This document shows positions 38,315 to 47,570 of a DNA stretch of 64,000 nucleotides, one piece after another. Position numbers and translations under genes: made by a program. How positions within the stretch are numbered: position 1 is the stretch's first letter; each line of letters starts with the position of its first letter. The notes under the pieces are model-generated. The model did no database searches and was not told where the DNA came from. It saw only the letters and a list, made by a program, of their open reading frames with translations. Source of the DNA: Pseudomonadota bacterium (lineage in GTDB: Bacteria > Pseudomonadota > Alphaproteobacteria > Sphingomonadales > Sphingomonadaceae); the NCBI GenBank assembly GCA_039804665.1, contig JBDLVU010000001.1, positions 11,648-75,647 of the forward strand, in the 5' to 3' direction.

Positions 38315-39508
38315 TCAGATGAAGCTGTCGGTGTTGGGCGCGCCCAACATTACCGCGCCAAAGTTGCGCCCCACGGTGTTGGGGTTGTTGGCCACGTGCG
38401 TGCGGCCGGTGTGGATGTCGCAAAACGTCCGCGCGATCGGGTTGCCGCGATAGATTCCATCCGCACCCGATAAATAGAACATCCGGCTGATCAGGTCCGC
38501 ACACCGCCCCGCGATCTGCGCCGACTGGAAGCGGAAGCGCAGCCGCGTTTCCAGATCGGCCTGATCCCCGCGCCGGGCGTGGTCGTTCAGCACGCCAAAA
38601 TTGCGGAACAGCACCGTCTTCATCTCGTCGATGGCCGATTGCGTTTCGGCAATCACCGTCTGCACGTCTGGATCGCCGGCAATGCTGGTCAGGGTGTTGT
38701 TGCTTTTGCGCTTGGCCCCCGTTTCCTTGAACAGATCGAGCGCCCCTTGCAGCGCGCCGATCGACGAGGACGACACCGCGCGTACAAAGACCTGCCCGAA
38801 CGGCAGTTTATACAGCGGCCCCGGATTGTGCTGCGCGCCGGGATTGGTCGCGGCAAAGCCATCCTTGGACCGGTGCGTGCGATGCACCGGCACGAACGCG
38901 TCGTTCACGGTCACGTCATGGCTGCCGGTGCCGCCAAGGCCGATGGTGTTCCAGATCGGCAACACGGTAAAATCCGGGCGCGGGACAAGGAACGTCCAGA
39001 AATCGGGCACGCCCGTTTCGGGGTCCTTGACCAGACCGCCCAGAAACGCCCAGTCGCAATGGTCGACACCGCTGGAAAAGCCCCAACGCCCGGAAATCCG
39101 GTATCCGCCATCCACCGCAGTCACTTCGGCGCGCGGCATATAGGAGGAGGAGATCAGCGTGGTGGCATCCTCGCCCCACACATCCTCCTGCGCCTGCGGG
39201 TGGAACAGCGCCAGCTGCCAGTTGTGCACGGCCACCACGCCCAGCACCCAGGCCGACGACATGCAGCCTTCGGCCACCTTCATCTGCACGGCATAGAACG
39301 CCTCAGGGTCCATCTCGTAGCCGCCGTAGCGCGCGGGCTGGAGTATCTTGAAGAATCCGGCTTCCTGGAAATCCCGGATCGTGTCGTCAGGCACCCTGTT
39401 CTGCGCGTCGCACTGGCCGGCGCGTTCGCGCAGCACCGGCACCAACGCCTCCGCGCGCGCAACGAGTTGTTCCGCAGTCGGCATCTTGATCGTCTCCATC
39501 ACAGTCAT
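38315..39508 (-). CDS. hsaA: 3-HSA 4-monooxygenase oxygenase subunit (HsaA/TesA1-like)
   Basis: VAVHNWQLALF..QAQEDVWGED....ISSSY, W.FSSG.DHC.W, GL.GTGS, DIHTGRTHVAN. Confidence 0.75.
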   Translation of the reverse strand: MTVMETIKMPTAEQLVARAEALVPVLRERAGQCDAQNRVPDDTIRDFQEAGFFKILQPARYGGYEMDPEAFYAVQMKVAEGCMSSAWVLGVVAVHNWQLALFHPQAQEDVWGEDATTLISSSYMPRAEVTAVDGGYRISGRWGFSSGVDHCDWAFLGGLVKDPETGVPDFWTFLVPRPDFTVLPIWNTIGLGGTGSHDVTVNDAFVPVHRTHRSKDGFAATNPGAQHNPGPLYKLPFGQVFVRAVSSSSIGALQGALDLFKETGAKRKSNNTLTSIAGDPDVQTVIAETQSAIDEMKTVLFRNFGVLNDHARRGDQADLETRLRFRFQSAQIAGRCADLISRMFYLSGADGIYRGNPIARTFCDIHTGRTHVANNPNTVGRNFGAVMLGAPNTDSFI

Positions 39509-39524
39509 CACTGCTCTCCCGTCA

Positions 39525-40445
39525 TCAGGCCGCGTCGGCCAGTTGCGCCCGTTCATCGGCGCCAAAGCCCACGCTGAAGTCGTGTCCCCACAGGCTCACC
39601 TGCGTGAATTCGAACTCGGTGTGCCGGTCCCAGTCGACCTGCAGCCCGCCAAAGCCGTATTCGAGCGCGAAGCCGCCCGGCGTTGCGACGTAAAAGCTGG
39701 TCATGTGGTCGTTGGTGTGTTTGCCCAGCGTTGCCATCAGCCGGGCATCGGCACGCAGCATCCGGTCATACGCGCGCCCCACTTCATCAAGGTTCGGCAC
39801 TTCGACCATCATGTGCACGCACCCGGCGGGCACCGGCCCTTCGAACAGCGCCAGACTGTGGTGTCGGCCATTGCCGCAGTGCAGGAAATCGATGCGCATC
39901 GCCGGGCCGTCCGGCCCCATCGGTCGGTGCACCATGAAGTCCGACACGCCGAGGCCCAACACATCAATCAGGAAATCGCGGCAGGCGTCGATCTGTGGCG
40001 CAGGCAGCACAACGTGCCCATAGCCGAGATCGCCCGTCACAAACCCCTTCACCGCCTGCGGAGACACGAACCGGTCGAAGGCAGAAACATAGCCGAACGC
40101 CAGTTCGTGCCGATTGCCTGCCGGGTCGGTGAACCACACCATGTCCACAACGTGGCGCAATGCGCGCTCCGCCGGCGTCGAATGGGTAAAGGCCACGTCC
40201 TTTTCACCCAGTTCGACCAGCGCGGCTTCGAACGCCCGGCGCGTGCGCAGCTCCCACCCACTGGCGCGGTAGCCATCGCTTTCGCCCTGCTCCACAAAGA
40301 TACGGCCGGTGCGGTCGTCCATGCGCAGCGCGATGCCGCCCGGAACCTCATGCGCGGAAAACCCGGCGATGTCCTCACCGAACCGAACCCAGCTGGCCGG
40401 GTCTGTCGCGGTGACCACGCTATAGCCAAGCGCAGCAACTTCCAT
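39525..40445 (-). CDS. hsaC: Extradiol dioxygenase (HsaC/TesB-like)
   Basis: FVTGDLGYGHVVL, RHHSLAL, HMMVEV, TLGKHTND.MTSFY..TPGGF.LEYG. Confidence 0.8.
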   Translation of the reverse strand: MEVAALGYSVVTATDPASWVRFGEDIAGFSAHEVPGGIALRMDDRTGRIFVEQGESDGYRASGWELRTRRAFEAALVELGEKDVAFTHSTPAERALRHVVDMVWFTDPAGNRHELAFGYVSAFDRFVSPQAVKGFVTGDLGYGHVVLPAPQIDACRDFLIDVLGLGVSDFMVHRPMGPDGPAMRIDFLHCGNGRHHSLALFEGPVPAGCVHMMVEVPNLDEVGRAYDRMLRADARLMATLGKHTNDHMTSFYVATPGGFALEYGFGGLQVDWDRHTEFEFTQVSLWGHDFSVGFGADERAQLADAA

Positions 40446-40537
40446 GAGCATCCTCCTCTTCCGGCTTGCCGGATCGAGGCTGACTATGTCGATACCCGTA
40501 CCCGCGATAATTGACGGGAATCAAACGAACCAAATTT

Positions 40538-40567
40538 TGCGTAGATTAAGTGAAATTTTTCTTCGCA
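40538..40567. promoter_or_regulatory. 30-bp palindromic operator upstream of hsaC-hsaA-kshA
   Basis: TGCG-TAGATTAAGTGAAATTTTTCTT-CGCA. Confidence 0.7.
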
Positions 40568-40645
40568 TTTAATCACCAAATAAGGGGTGAATAGCAAACT
40601 CAAGGCAGACTCTGACAATCCGCGCACGCACCGCCCGGCGGAGCG

Positions 40646-41920
40646 TCAGGCTCCGGTCGCGCGCAGATCCAGAGCTGATTCGTAGCCGTGCAACATGATC
40701 TGCGCGGCCCGGGCAGCCTGCAGCGCAGCCTCGTGAACCGATAGCCGCCGCCCCGTGGCGAACAGACGGCTGCCCTGCAACGCCAGAACCAGCGCCTGCC
40801 GCGCCAGCCATCGCGCATCGGATAGCCCGGTCCGCGCACCGATCCAGTCGGCCAGTGGTGCGATCCAGGGCGCCCGCACCGCATCGTGAATCTCGCGCGC
40901 CAGCGCCGGTTCACGGCGTGAGGCCGAAATGGCTGCGCGGTGCAATTCCAGCGAGGGCGATCCTGCCAGCGTGGCAATCGCAGCAGCAAGGAACGGCTGG
41001 AGCGCAGCCTCCCCCGCATCATCGAGCAACGCGGGCACATCGGCCTGCCGCACCACCTGATCCGCCAGATCGCGCAGCACCGCCCGGAACAACCCATCCT
41101 TGCTCGCAAAGTGACGGTATAGCGTGCCCCGCCCCACTTGCGCCGCTGCTCCCAGCGCAGCCAGATTGGTGCCTTCGTACCCCACATCGAGGAACTGCGC
41201 CGCGGCAACGTCCAGCAAGCGGCGCACGTGCGGCAGCGGTGATGCAGCGGGCGGTGGCGGGGTCTCGTCCGGGCGCAACCACACGCCTCCATGCGGGTCC
41301 AGAGCGGGCAAGCCACCTTCGAACAATGCGGCCACCCGCGCCGCCACCCGGGCGCGCAGCGCGTCCGACAGCGGCGGGAAACCCAGCAGCAAAGCAGGCC
41401 CTTCAACCGCCAGCGAACCGAAATCGAGCGCGAAGTCCAAAGGCACCGTCACCCCCGGCCGGCGCACGCGCGCATGCGCCTCCAGCGCGGTGCGCAAGGG
41501 CTCCAGTCGCCCCCATTGCGCCAACTGCAGCGTGTGCGCAAAGTCCGGCATGCGGTCGCCCAACCCCGCGATGAGCCAGAGCGGGCTGAGCAGCCCTTCC
41601 TCCACCGCCGAATCGCCGATCGCCCGCGCCATGTCGGCAAGCCGTGGCGCGTCACCTGCCCCAAGCGCTGCGGTGCGGGTCGCAAAACGGCCGGCCATTT
41701 CGTCCAATGCTGCGCGGAACAAGGCCTGCTTGTCGGGGAAATGGCGGTAGATCGTTTCCTTGCTGACCCCGGCCCGGCGCCCGATCTCGTCGATGCTGAC
41801 CCCGGCAAATCCGTCTGCCACAAACGCCGCACGCGCTGTTTCCAACAGGTGCACAACCCGCGCGGAGAGCCCCACGCCCTCGCCATCTGCCAATTCGTGC
41901 GGTTCGCAGCCGTGTTCCAT
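40646..41920 (-). CDS. Regulator with two tandem TetR modules
   Basis: Two HTHs, SIDEIGRRAGVSKETIYRHF and NLAALGAAAQVGRGTLYRHF; start could be 41986. Confidence 0.8.
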   Translation of the reverse strand: MEHGCEPHELADGEGVGLSARVVHLLETARAAFVADGFAGVSIDEIGRRAGVSKETIYRHFPDKQALFRAALDEMAGRFATRTAALGAGDAPRLADMARAIGDSAVEEGLLSPLWLIAGLGDRMPDFAHTLQLAQWGRLEPLRTALEAHARVRRPGVTVPLDFALDFGSLAVEGPALLLGFPPLSDALRARVAARVAALFEGGLPALDPHGGVWLRPDETPPPPAASPLPHVRRLLDVAAAQFLDVGYEGTNLAALGAAAQVGRGTLYRHFASKDGLFRAVLRDLADQVVRQADVPALLDDAGEAALQPFLAAAIATLAGSPSLELHRAAISASRREPALAREIHDAVRAPWIAPLADWIGARTGLSDARWLARQALVLALQGSRLFATGRRLSVHEAALQAARAAQIMLHGYESALDLRATGA

Positions 41921-42003
41921 CGGGCGTCCTATACCATCCCGCGCCCACGATGCACGGCCCGGCTCATATTGCAGCCGGTATGTCATCCGGGCCTTGCGAA
42001 TAA

Positions 42004-42026
42004 CCGAACGGTTCGATACCGTTCGG
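42004..42026. promoter_or_regulatory. Candidate TetR operator
   Basis: Perfect CCGAACGGT-N5-ACCGTTCGG between the double-TetR gene and the Coq4-like/amidohydrolase operon. Confidence 0.65.
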
Positions 42027-42082
42027 ACAAAGATCAGCAGAATCAATTGCTGGTCCTCGACAATTCCCATGGGAGATGCCTG

Positions 42083-42931
42083 ATGGACGACGTACCCTAT
42101 CTCGCGCGGGGCGTGCTGCCGGTGGAGACGCCCAGCAGCGTGCTCGTCTCGTCTTCGAAATACCTGAACAATGCCGCGCTGCGCGATTGGCTCGCCATGA
42201 TCCTCTTGCGCCGGAATGGCGCGGACAAGCCGCCGCAGTCCGAGATGTGGGAATTTCTGCCCATCCTTGAGAGCCTGCGCGATCACGCCCGCATCGAGCA
42301 GATGTTCGAGGACGAACGGCGGGTAAACCCCGCGCTGGATGCGTGGTTCAGCGAAGGGTTCGTCTCCACCTTCACCATCGACGATTTCGCCGGCTATGCG
42401 CCGGGCACGCTGGGCGGGATGTTCCACGCCCAGATGACCGGGGGCGGTTACGAAATCCAGATCGTGCCTTTTGCAGAACCAAAGACGCAGCTTGAATTCT
42501 TCAACCTGCGATCAGGCCAGACCCACGATTTCGAACACATCCTGTGCGGCGGCGGATTCAACTTCATGGGTGAACTGGTGCCGTACTGGTATCGCCTGAC
42601 GAACGTGTTCAAGTTCATCCGCAACCCCGAACTGGCCGGCGAACTCAGCGTGCTCTCCATCTTCGGATCGCTGCGCTACACCGTGCGCACCATGCTTCAT
42701 TACCCGCAGGTCTGGCCCACCGCGGTGGGCTGCATTCAGCGGGGCATCAGGGTGGGGCAGGAAAGCGACGCCTTGTTCCTTGCGAAACTGGAGGACTATT
42801 TCCACCTGCCGCTGGAAGAGGCGCGCGTCGCGCTGGGCGTCCGGGGGGCGGTAGACGTCGATACCGAACGCGAGGGCGCCTTCTGGGCCGAACGCGCTCC
42901 GCTCGATCCGGTTCTGGAGGCAGCGGAATGA
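42083..42931 (+). CDS. Coq4-like metalloprotein (paralog 4)
   Basis: APGTLG, THDFEH-x11-E, KLEDYFHLPLEEARVALG. Confidence 0.75.
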   Translation: MDDVPYLARGVLPVETPSSVLVSSSKYLNNAALRDWLAMILLRRNGADKPPQSEMWEFLPILESLRDHARIEQMFEDERRVNPALDAWFSEGFVSTFTIDDFAGYAPGTLGGMFHAQMTGGGYEIQIVPFAEPKTQLEFFNLRSGQTHDFEHILCGGGFNFMGELVPYWYRLTNVFKFIRNPELAGELSVLSIFGSLRYTVRTMLHYPQVWPTAVGCIQRGIRVGQESDALFLAKLEDYFHLPLEEARVALGVRGAVDVDTEREGAFWAERAPLDPVLEAAE

Positions 42932-44664
42932 AGGCCGATCTGCTGATCCGGGGTGGCACCATCGTCGATGGCAGCGGCCGTGAACCTTATGTGGGCGACG
43001 TGGCGCTGGCTGGCGACCGGGTGATCTTCACCGGCGCATGTTTCCCCGGGGAAATTCTCGACTCCATCGATGCAACCGGCCTTTTCGTCACCCCCGGCTT
43101 CGTGGACATCCACACCCATTACGACGGTCAGGCGATCTGGTCCGAGGAACTTTCGCCTTCTTCGTCGCACGGGGTCACCACCGTGGTCGTGGGCAATTGC
43201 GGCGTGGGTTTTGCGCCGTGCCGCGCGCAGGACCACGAAGCCCTGATCCGCGTGATGGAGGGGGTAGAGGACATACCCGGCGTGGTCATGGCTGAGGGAC
43301 TGCCGTGGGACTGGGAAACCTTCCCCGAATATCTGGCCGCGCTGGAGCGGCGCCCGCGCGATATCGATGTCGCCGCGTTGCTGCCGCACAGCCCCTTGCG
43401 CGTGTATGCGATGGGCGAACGCGGCGTACGGCGCGAGACTGCCTCGCCCGAAGACCTCGCCCGGATGAAGGCCATCGCGCGTGAAGCGATCGAGGCCGGC
43501 GCAATCGGCTTTGCCACCTCCCGCCTGCTGATCCATCGGACCAAGACGGGCGAACAGATCCCCACCTATGCCGCAGACGATGCCGAACTGAAGGCCATTG
43601 CAGGAGCGTTGGAAGAAGCCGGCAAGGGCGTGCTGCAAATGGTGCTGGACGTTCCCGCCGCCGCGTGGCCGGAAGAAATTGCGCACCTCGTCGGCCTTGT
43701 GGAGAGTTGCGGCCGCCCTGCCACCTTCACGTTCGCCACGTCGAACACCGGCGCACCGGTGTGGGATGCGGCACTGACGGCGGTCGATGCAGCCAATGCC
43801 CGGGGACTGAAGATCGCGCCACAGATCCTGCCGCGCCCGGTCGGCATGATCTCGGGCTGGGCACTCTCGACCCATCCGTTCTGCCTGTGCCCCGAGTATG
43901 CAAGCATCGCGCACCTGCCGCTTGCCACGCAGCTTGACCGGCTACGCGATCCCGCCTTCCGCGAGAGGCTGATCGCGCAAAAGCCTGCCGAAGGGCACCC
44001 GCTGGCCATGATGACCCGCAACTGGGACTGGATGTTCCCGTTCGGCGATCCCCCGCAATACGAACCCGCCGCCGAAACCAGCATCGGCGCGCAGGCCCGC
44101 GCGCAGGGCCGCAGCCCGGAAGAGATCGCCTATGACGTGCTGATGGCGCGCGACGGCCAAGGACTAATCCTCAACACGCTCGGCAATTTCCATGAAGGCC
44201 GGCTGGATTCGCTGTTGCCGCTGATGCGGCGCGAAGACACGGTGATGGGCCTTGGCGATGGCGGCGCGCACTATGGTGCGATTTGCGACGCCAGTTACCC
44301 CAGCTTCCTGCTGACCTACTGGGTGCGCGATCGCGAAGGGGAACGGCTGACGCTGGCAGAGGCGGTACGCGCGTTGTCGGCCAAGCCGGCGCGGGTCATG
44401 GGGCTGGAGGATCGCGGCCTTCTTGCGCCCGGCTACAAGGCGGACATCAACGTGATCGACATGGCCGCGCTGGCGCTCCACGCGCCGATCATCCGGCACG
44501 ATTTGCCGGGCGGCGGGCGAAGGCTGGACCAGGGCGCGACCGGCTATGTCGCCACGATCTGCAACGGCGCGGTGATCCGCCGCAACGACCGGCCCACCGG
44601 GGCAAGGCCGGGCCGCGTGGTGCGGGGCGGGCAACCTGCCCCGCGCGAACACGCGCTGCCTTGA
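42928..44664 (+). CDS. N-acyl-D-amino-acid deacylase family amidohydrolase
   Basis: VTPGFVDIHTHYD, GNCGVGF, GDGGAH, DRGLLAPGYKADI; ATGA overlap with the Coq4-like gene. Confidence 0.85.
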   Translation: MKADLLIRGGTIVDGSGREPYVGDVALAGDRVIFTGACFPGEILDSIDATGLFVTPGFVDIHTHYDGQAIWSEELSPSSSHGVTTVVVGNCGVGFAPCRAQDHEALIRVMEGVEDIPGVVMAEGLPWDWETFPEYLAALERRPRDIDVAALLPHSPLRVYAMGERGVRRETASPEDLARMKAIAREAIEAGAIGFATSRLLIHRTKTGEQIPTYAADDAELKAIAGALEEAGKGVLQMVLDVPAAAWPEEIAHLVGLVESCGRPATFTFATSNTGAPVWDAALTAVDAANARGLKIAPQILPRPVGMISGWALSTHPFCLCPEYASIAHLPLATQLDRLRDPAFRERLIAQKPAEGHPLAMMTRNWDWMFPFGDPPQYEPAAETSIGAQARAQGRSPEEIAYDVLMARDGQGLILNTLGNFHEGRLDSLLPLMRREDTVMGLGDGGAHYGAICDASYPSFLLTYWVRDREGERLTLAEAVRALSAKPARVMGLEDRGLLAPGYKADINVIDMAALALHAPIIRHDLPGGGRRLDQGATGYVATICNGAVIRRNDRPTGARPGRVVRGGQPAPREHALP

Positions 44665-44672
44665 TGCACGAT

Positions 44673-44700
44673 GCCGGCCCTGCCACGGGGCGGGGCCGGC
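44673..44700. terminator. Hairpin between convergent genes
   Basis: GCCGGCCC.GCC / GGC.GGGCCGGC. Confidence 0.5.
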
Positions 44701-44707
44701 AGCCGGC

Positions 44708-46327
44708 TCAACCGCGCACGAAACCCTTGTAGCCCTCGTTCACGGCGGCGGTGCACAGGCTCGCATAACGCGGGAAGCCCCCGATATAGATCATGAAGCC
44801 ACCCTTCTTGCCCTCGATATTCTTGGCATTGTACCAGGACTCGGCTTCCTTGTGGACGGTGGCCTGCGAAACCATGTCCACCTCGGCCGCCCACGATTGC
44901 TCGGCTTCCTCGGTCGCATCGATACGGGTGAAGCCATCGCGGTCCATCTCGGCGATGACGCCTGCGGTCCAGTTCACCTGCCATTCGCCGCTGGTGATCA
45001 TCTGCGCCTGCGCTGCCGGCGTCATTGGCCCATGGATCATGAACAGGTTGGGGAATCCCGCCACCATCGCGCCAAGGTAGGTCGTCGGCCCATCTGCCCA
45101 TTTGTCCGCCATCTTGCGATGGTTCAGTCCTTCGATGTCGATCCGGCTCATCGACCCTGTCACCGCGTCGAATCCCGTCGCGGTCACGATGGCATCCAGT
45201 TCATGCTCCGCCCCGGATTTCGTGCGCAAGCCCTTGGCCGTGTAGGCCACGATCGGGTCCGTCTTCACGTCAACCAGCGTCACGTTGTCGCGGTTGAACA
45301 TCTCGAAATACCCGTTGCCGATGCACAGCCGCTTGCCACCGATCGGATAGGTCTTCGGGCACAGCATTTCCGCCGTCGCCGGGTCCTTCACGATCGCGCG
45401 GATCTTGTTCCGGACGAATTCGCTCACGATCTCGTTCGCGGCGCGGTCGGTCATCACATCGCTGAAACAGACCAGAAGCTGGAAGGCGCTTTGCGAATTC
45501 CAAGCCTTTTCCAGAATTTCCGCGCGCTGTTCGGGCGTGCAATCATGCGCCGAGAACTTGGGATAATCCACCAGCGAGACGCCATAGGTATCCAGCATCC
45601 GTTCGCGCCGCGCGGGATAGTTGTCCTTCCAGTCCTTTTCAAAGGCGGGATCGAGCGGCTTGTTGCCCGAAGGCATGCAGAACGCGGGCGTGCGCTGGAA
45701 CACGGTCAGGTGATCGGCTTGCGCGGCGATGATCGGCATTGCCTGAATGCCGGTGGACCCGGTGCCGATGAACCCCACCCGCTTGCCGGTGAAGTCCACA
45801 CCTTCGCGCGGCCAGTCCGCCGTGTGATAGATCGGGCCGTTGAACAGTTCGCGCCCCGGCCATGGCGGAGAATTGGGCACCGACAGCGCGCCCGTGGCCG
45901 CGATCACATAGCGGCAGACCACATGGTCGCCTTTGGCAGTGCGGACATGCCAGCGGTCGGTTTCCGCGTCGAAGCGCAGGCTTTCCACCGCGTTGGACAA
46001 ACGGATGGATTCGCGCAGGCCAAAGCGGTCGGCAACATGGTTGGCATACCGTTCAAGGTCGGGCTGCGCCGAAAAATGTTCGGGCCAGTGCCATTCCTGC
46101 TGGAGTTCGTCATCGAAGCCATAAGAGTATTCCACACTCTGGATATCCACGCGCGCGCCGGGGTAGCGGTTCCAGTACCAAGTACCGCCCACGCCATCGC
46201 CCGCCTCGAAGCACACGACCTTGTGCTCGTTGCGCAGTCGCCAGATCGCGTAAAGGCCGGAAAAGCCCGCCCCGATCACGACAATGTCCGCTTCTTCCGT
46301 TGCTGCCTTGTCCATCACCCGTCCCAT
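44708..46327 (-). CDS. Type I Baeyer-Villiger monooxygenase (CHMO/steroid monooxygenase family)
   Basis: GAGFSG, GGTWYWNRYPGARVD, FNGPIYHTADWP fingerprint, GTGSTG. Confidence 0.9.
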   Translation of the reverse strand: MGRVMDKAATEEADIVVIGAGFSGLYAIWRLRNEHKVVCFEAGDGVGGTWYWNRYPGARVDIQSVEYSYGFDDELQQEWHWPEHFSAQPDLERYANHVADRFGLRESIRLSNAVESLRFDAETDRWHVRTAKGDHVVCRYVIAATGALSVPNSPPWPGRELFNGPIYHTADWPREGVDFTGKRVGFIGTGSTGIQAMPIIAAQADHLTVFQRTPAFCMPSGNKPLDPAFEKDWKDNYPARRERMLDTYGVSLVDYPKFSAHDCTPEQRAEILEKAWNSQSAFQLLVCFSDVMTDRAANEIVSEFVRNKIRAIVKDPATAEMLCPKTYPIGGKRLCIGNGYFEMFNRDNVTLVDVKTDPIVAYTAKGLRTKSGAEHELDAIVTATGFDAVTGSMSRIDIEGLNHRKMADKWADGPTTYLGAMVAGFPNLFMIHGPMTPAAQAQMITSGEWQVNWTAGVIAEMDRDGFTRIDATEEAEQSWAAEVDMVSQATVHKEAESWYNAKNIEGKKGGFMIYIGGFPRYASLCTAAVNEGYKGFVRG

Positions 46328-46352
46328 CGTAAACCCTTGATCTTGCGAGAAC

Positions 46353-46856
46353 TCAGGCCGCCGGCGGCTCGGCCAGCGCGACCACGGTCACGCTGCCGTC
46401 CTCGCCCACCTGCTCGGTCAGCATCGACGTGACTCGGCTGGTCGTGTCGACGATCCACCAGCGACCGTCCTGGCGGCGGTAGACATCCTCGTATTCCACG
46501 GCGAGGCGGACGATCTGGCGCGGGCCGGTCAGGATCGTGCGGAAATTGAGCGACCATTTGCCCGTGGCAGAGTCGGCGCCGCTCAGCGCGATTTCCGAGT
46601 TCGTGGCGTGGTGGATGTCATAGACCCCGGGCTGGCAGCCCATCTGGCGGAATATCTCGACAAAGGCGTCACGGTCGTTGAACTCGGGGAAATTCTGGTA
46701 GGCGATGCGGATTGCGCCCGGCGCAAAGCAATCGCGCACGACATCGGGCTGCTTGAGATCGCACGCGCGCAGATAGCGGGCCTTGAGCTCGCGGATCGCC
46801 TCCTTGTCCTCAAGAGCGGCAAGGCGGGCGGCAATATCGTCCAGGCTGATGGTCAT
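46353..46856 (-). CDS. NTF2-fold protein, BaiE/LinA-like dehydratase
   Basis: D.EAIRELKARY.R..D.K, HH...EI....ATGKW.L, YEDVY...DGRW. Confidence 0.75.
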   Translation of the reverse strand: MTISLDDIAARLAALEDKEAIRELKARYLRACDLKQPDVVRDCFAPGAIRIAYQNFPEFNDRDAFVEIFRQMGCQPGVYDIHHATNSEIALSGADSATGKWSLNFRTILTGPRQIVRLAVEYEDVYRRQDGRWWIVDTTSRVTSMLTEQVGEDGSVTVVALAEPPAA

Positions 46857-46909
46857 TGTCTGTCTCCCAATGGCTGTCCCGCAGCCGATTTTCAGTGAAT
46901 TGGCGCCGC

Positions 46910-47557
46910 CTATTCGGTGGCCCGCACTTTCACGCGGGGCGCATCCTGGCCCCGGCGCATTGTCTCAAGGAATTTTTCGAGCGGCGCCGGTTCCGCCACC
47001 GGCCCGCCGGGATCGCCATCGCGCGCCCAGAATTCGTCGAAGCTGGGAAACAGCTTGTGAAAGTTGCCTTCGGCCCACTCGGTGCCGGGCCAGCGCATCT
47101 TGTTCGGCCCGACCGGCGGCTTGTTGAGGTCGGTGGCGTACCAGTAAAGCGGCAGGCGCCGCGCAAAGAACCAGCGGCCATCCACGCGGACGTAGTTGTC
47201 CACGTACATCATCTGCATGATCACCCATTCGTCCGCGCCGCCGGGCACCGGGGTTTCATGCTCGTTCTTGGAATAGACAACCCCGTGCGCATGGTCGGCA
47301 TCATCGAATTCGATCACGTGGCCGCCGATGTGATGCGATGTGCCGGTAAACGGCGTGCGCAAGGTGCGGTCCATGTACGCGCGCAACGCCTCCCGCCCGG
47401 AAGCGCCCTTGCCCACGCGCACATCGGGTTCGAACAGCGAAACCATGGCCTCCATGTCGCGCATGTCGAGCGCCAGTGCATATTTGGCGGGCAATTGGCG
47501 AATGGCATCAAGCGATTCCAGCCGGTCGATCCGCCGCAACAGCTCGGCATCGGTCAT
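46910..47557 (-). CDS. NTF2/SnoaL-like domain protein
   Basis: AIRQLPAKYALALDMRD, TSHHIGGH, Y.D.Y.R.DGRWFF.RR. Confidence 0.8.
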   Translation of the reverse strand: MTDAELLRRIDRLESLDAIRQLPAKYALALDMRDMEAMVSLFEPDVRVGKGASGREALRAYMDRTLRTPFTGTSHHIGGHVIEFDDADHAHGVVYSKNEHETPVPGGADEWVIMQMMYVDNYVRVDGRWFFARRLPLYWYATDLNKPPVGPNKMRWPGTEWAEGNFHKLFPSFDEFWARDGDPGGPVAEPAPLEKFLETMRRGQDAPRVKVRATE

Positions 47558-47570
47558 CAGGCGGTCCTTT

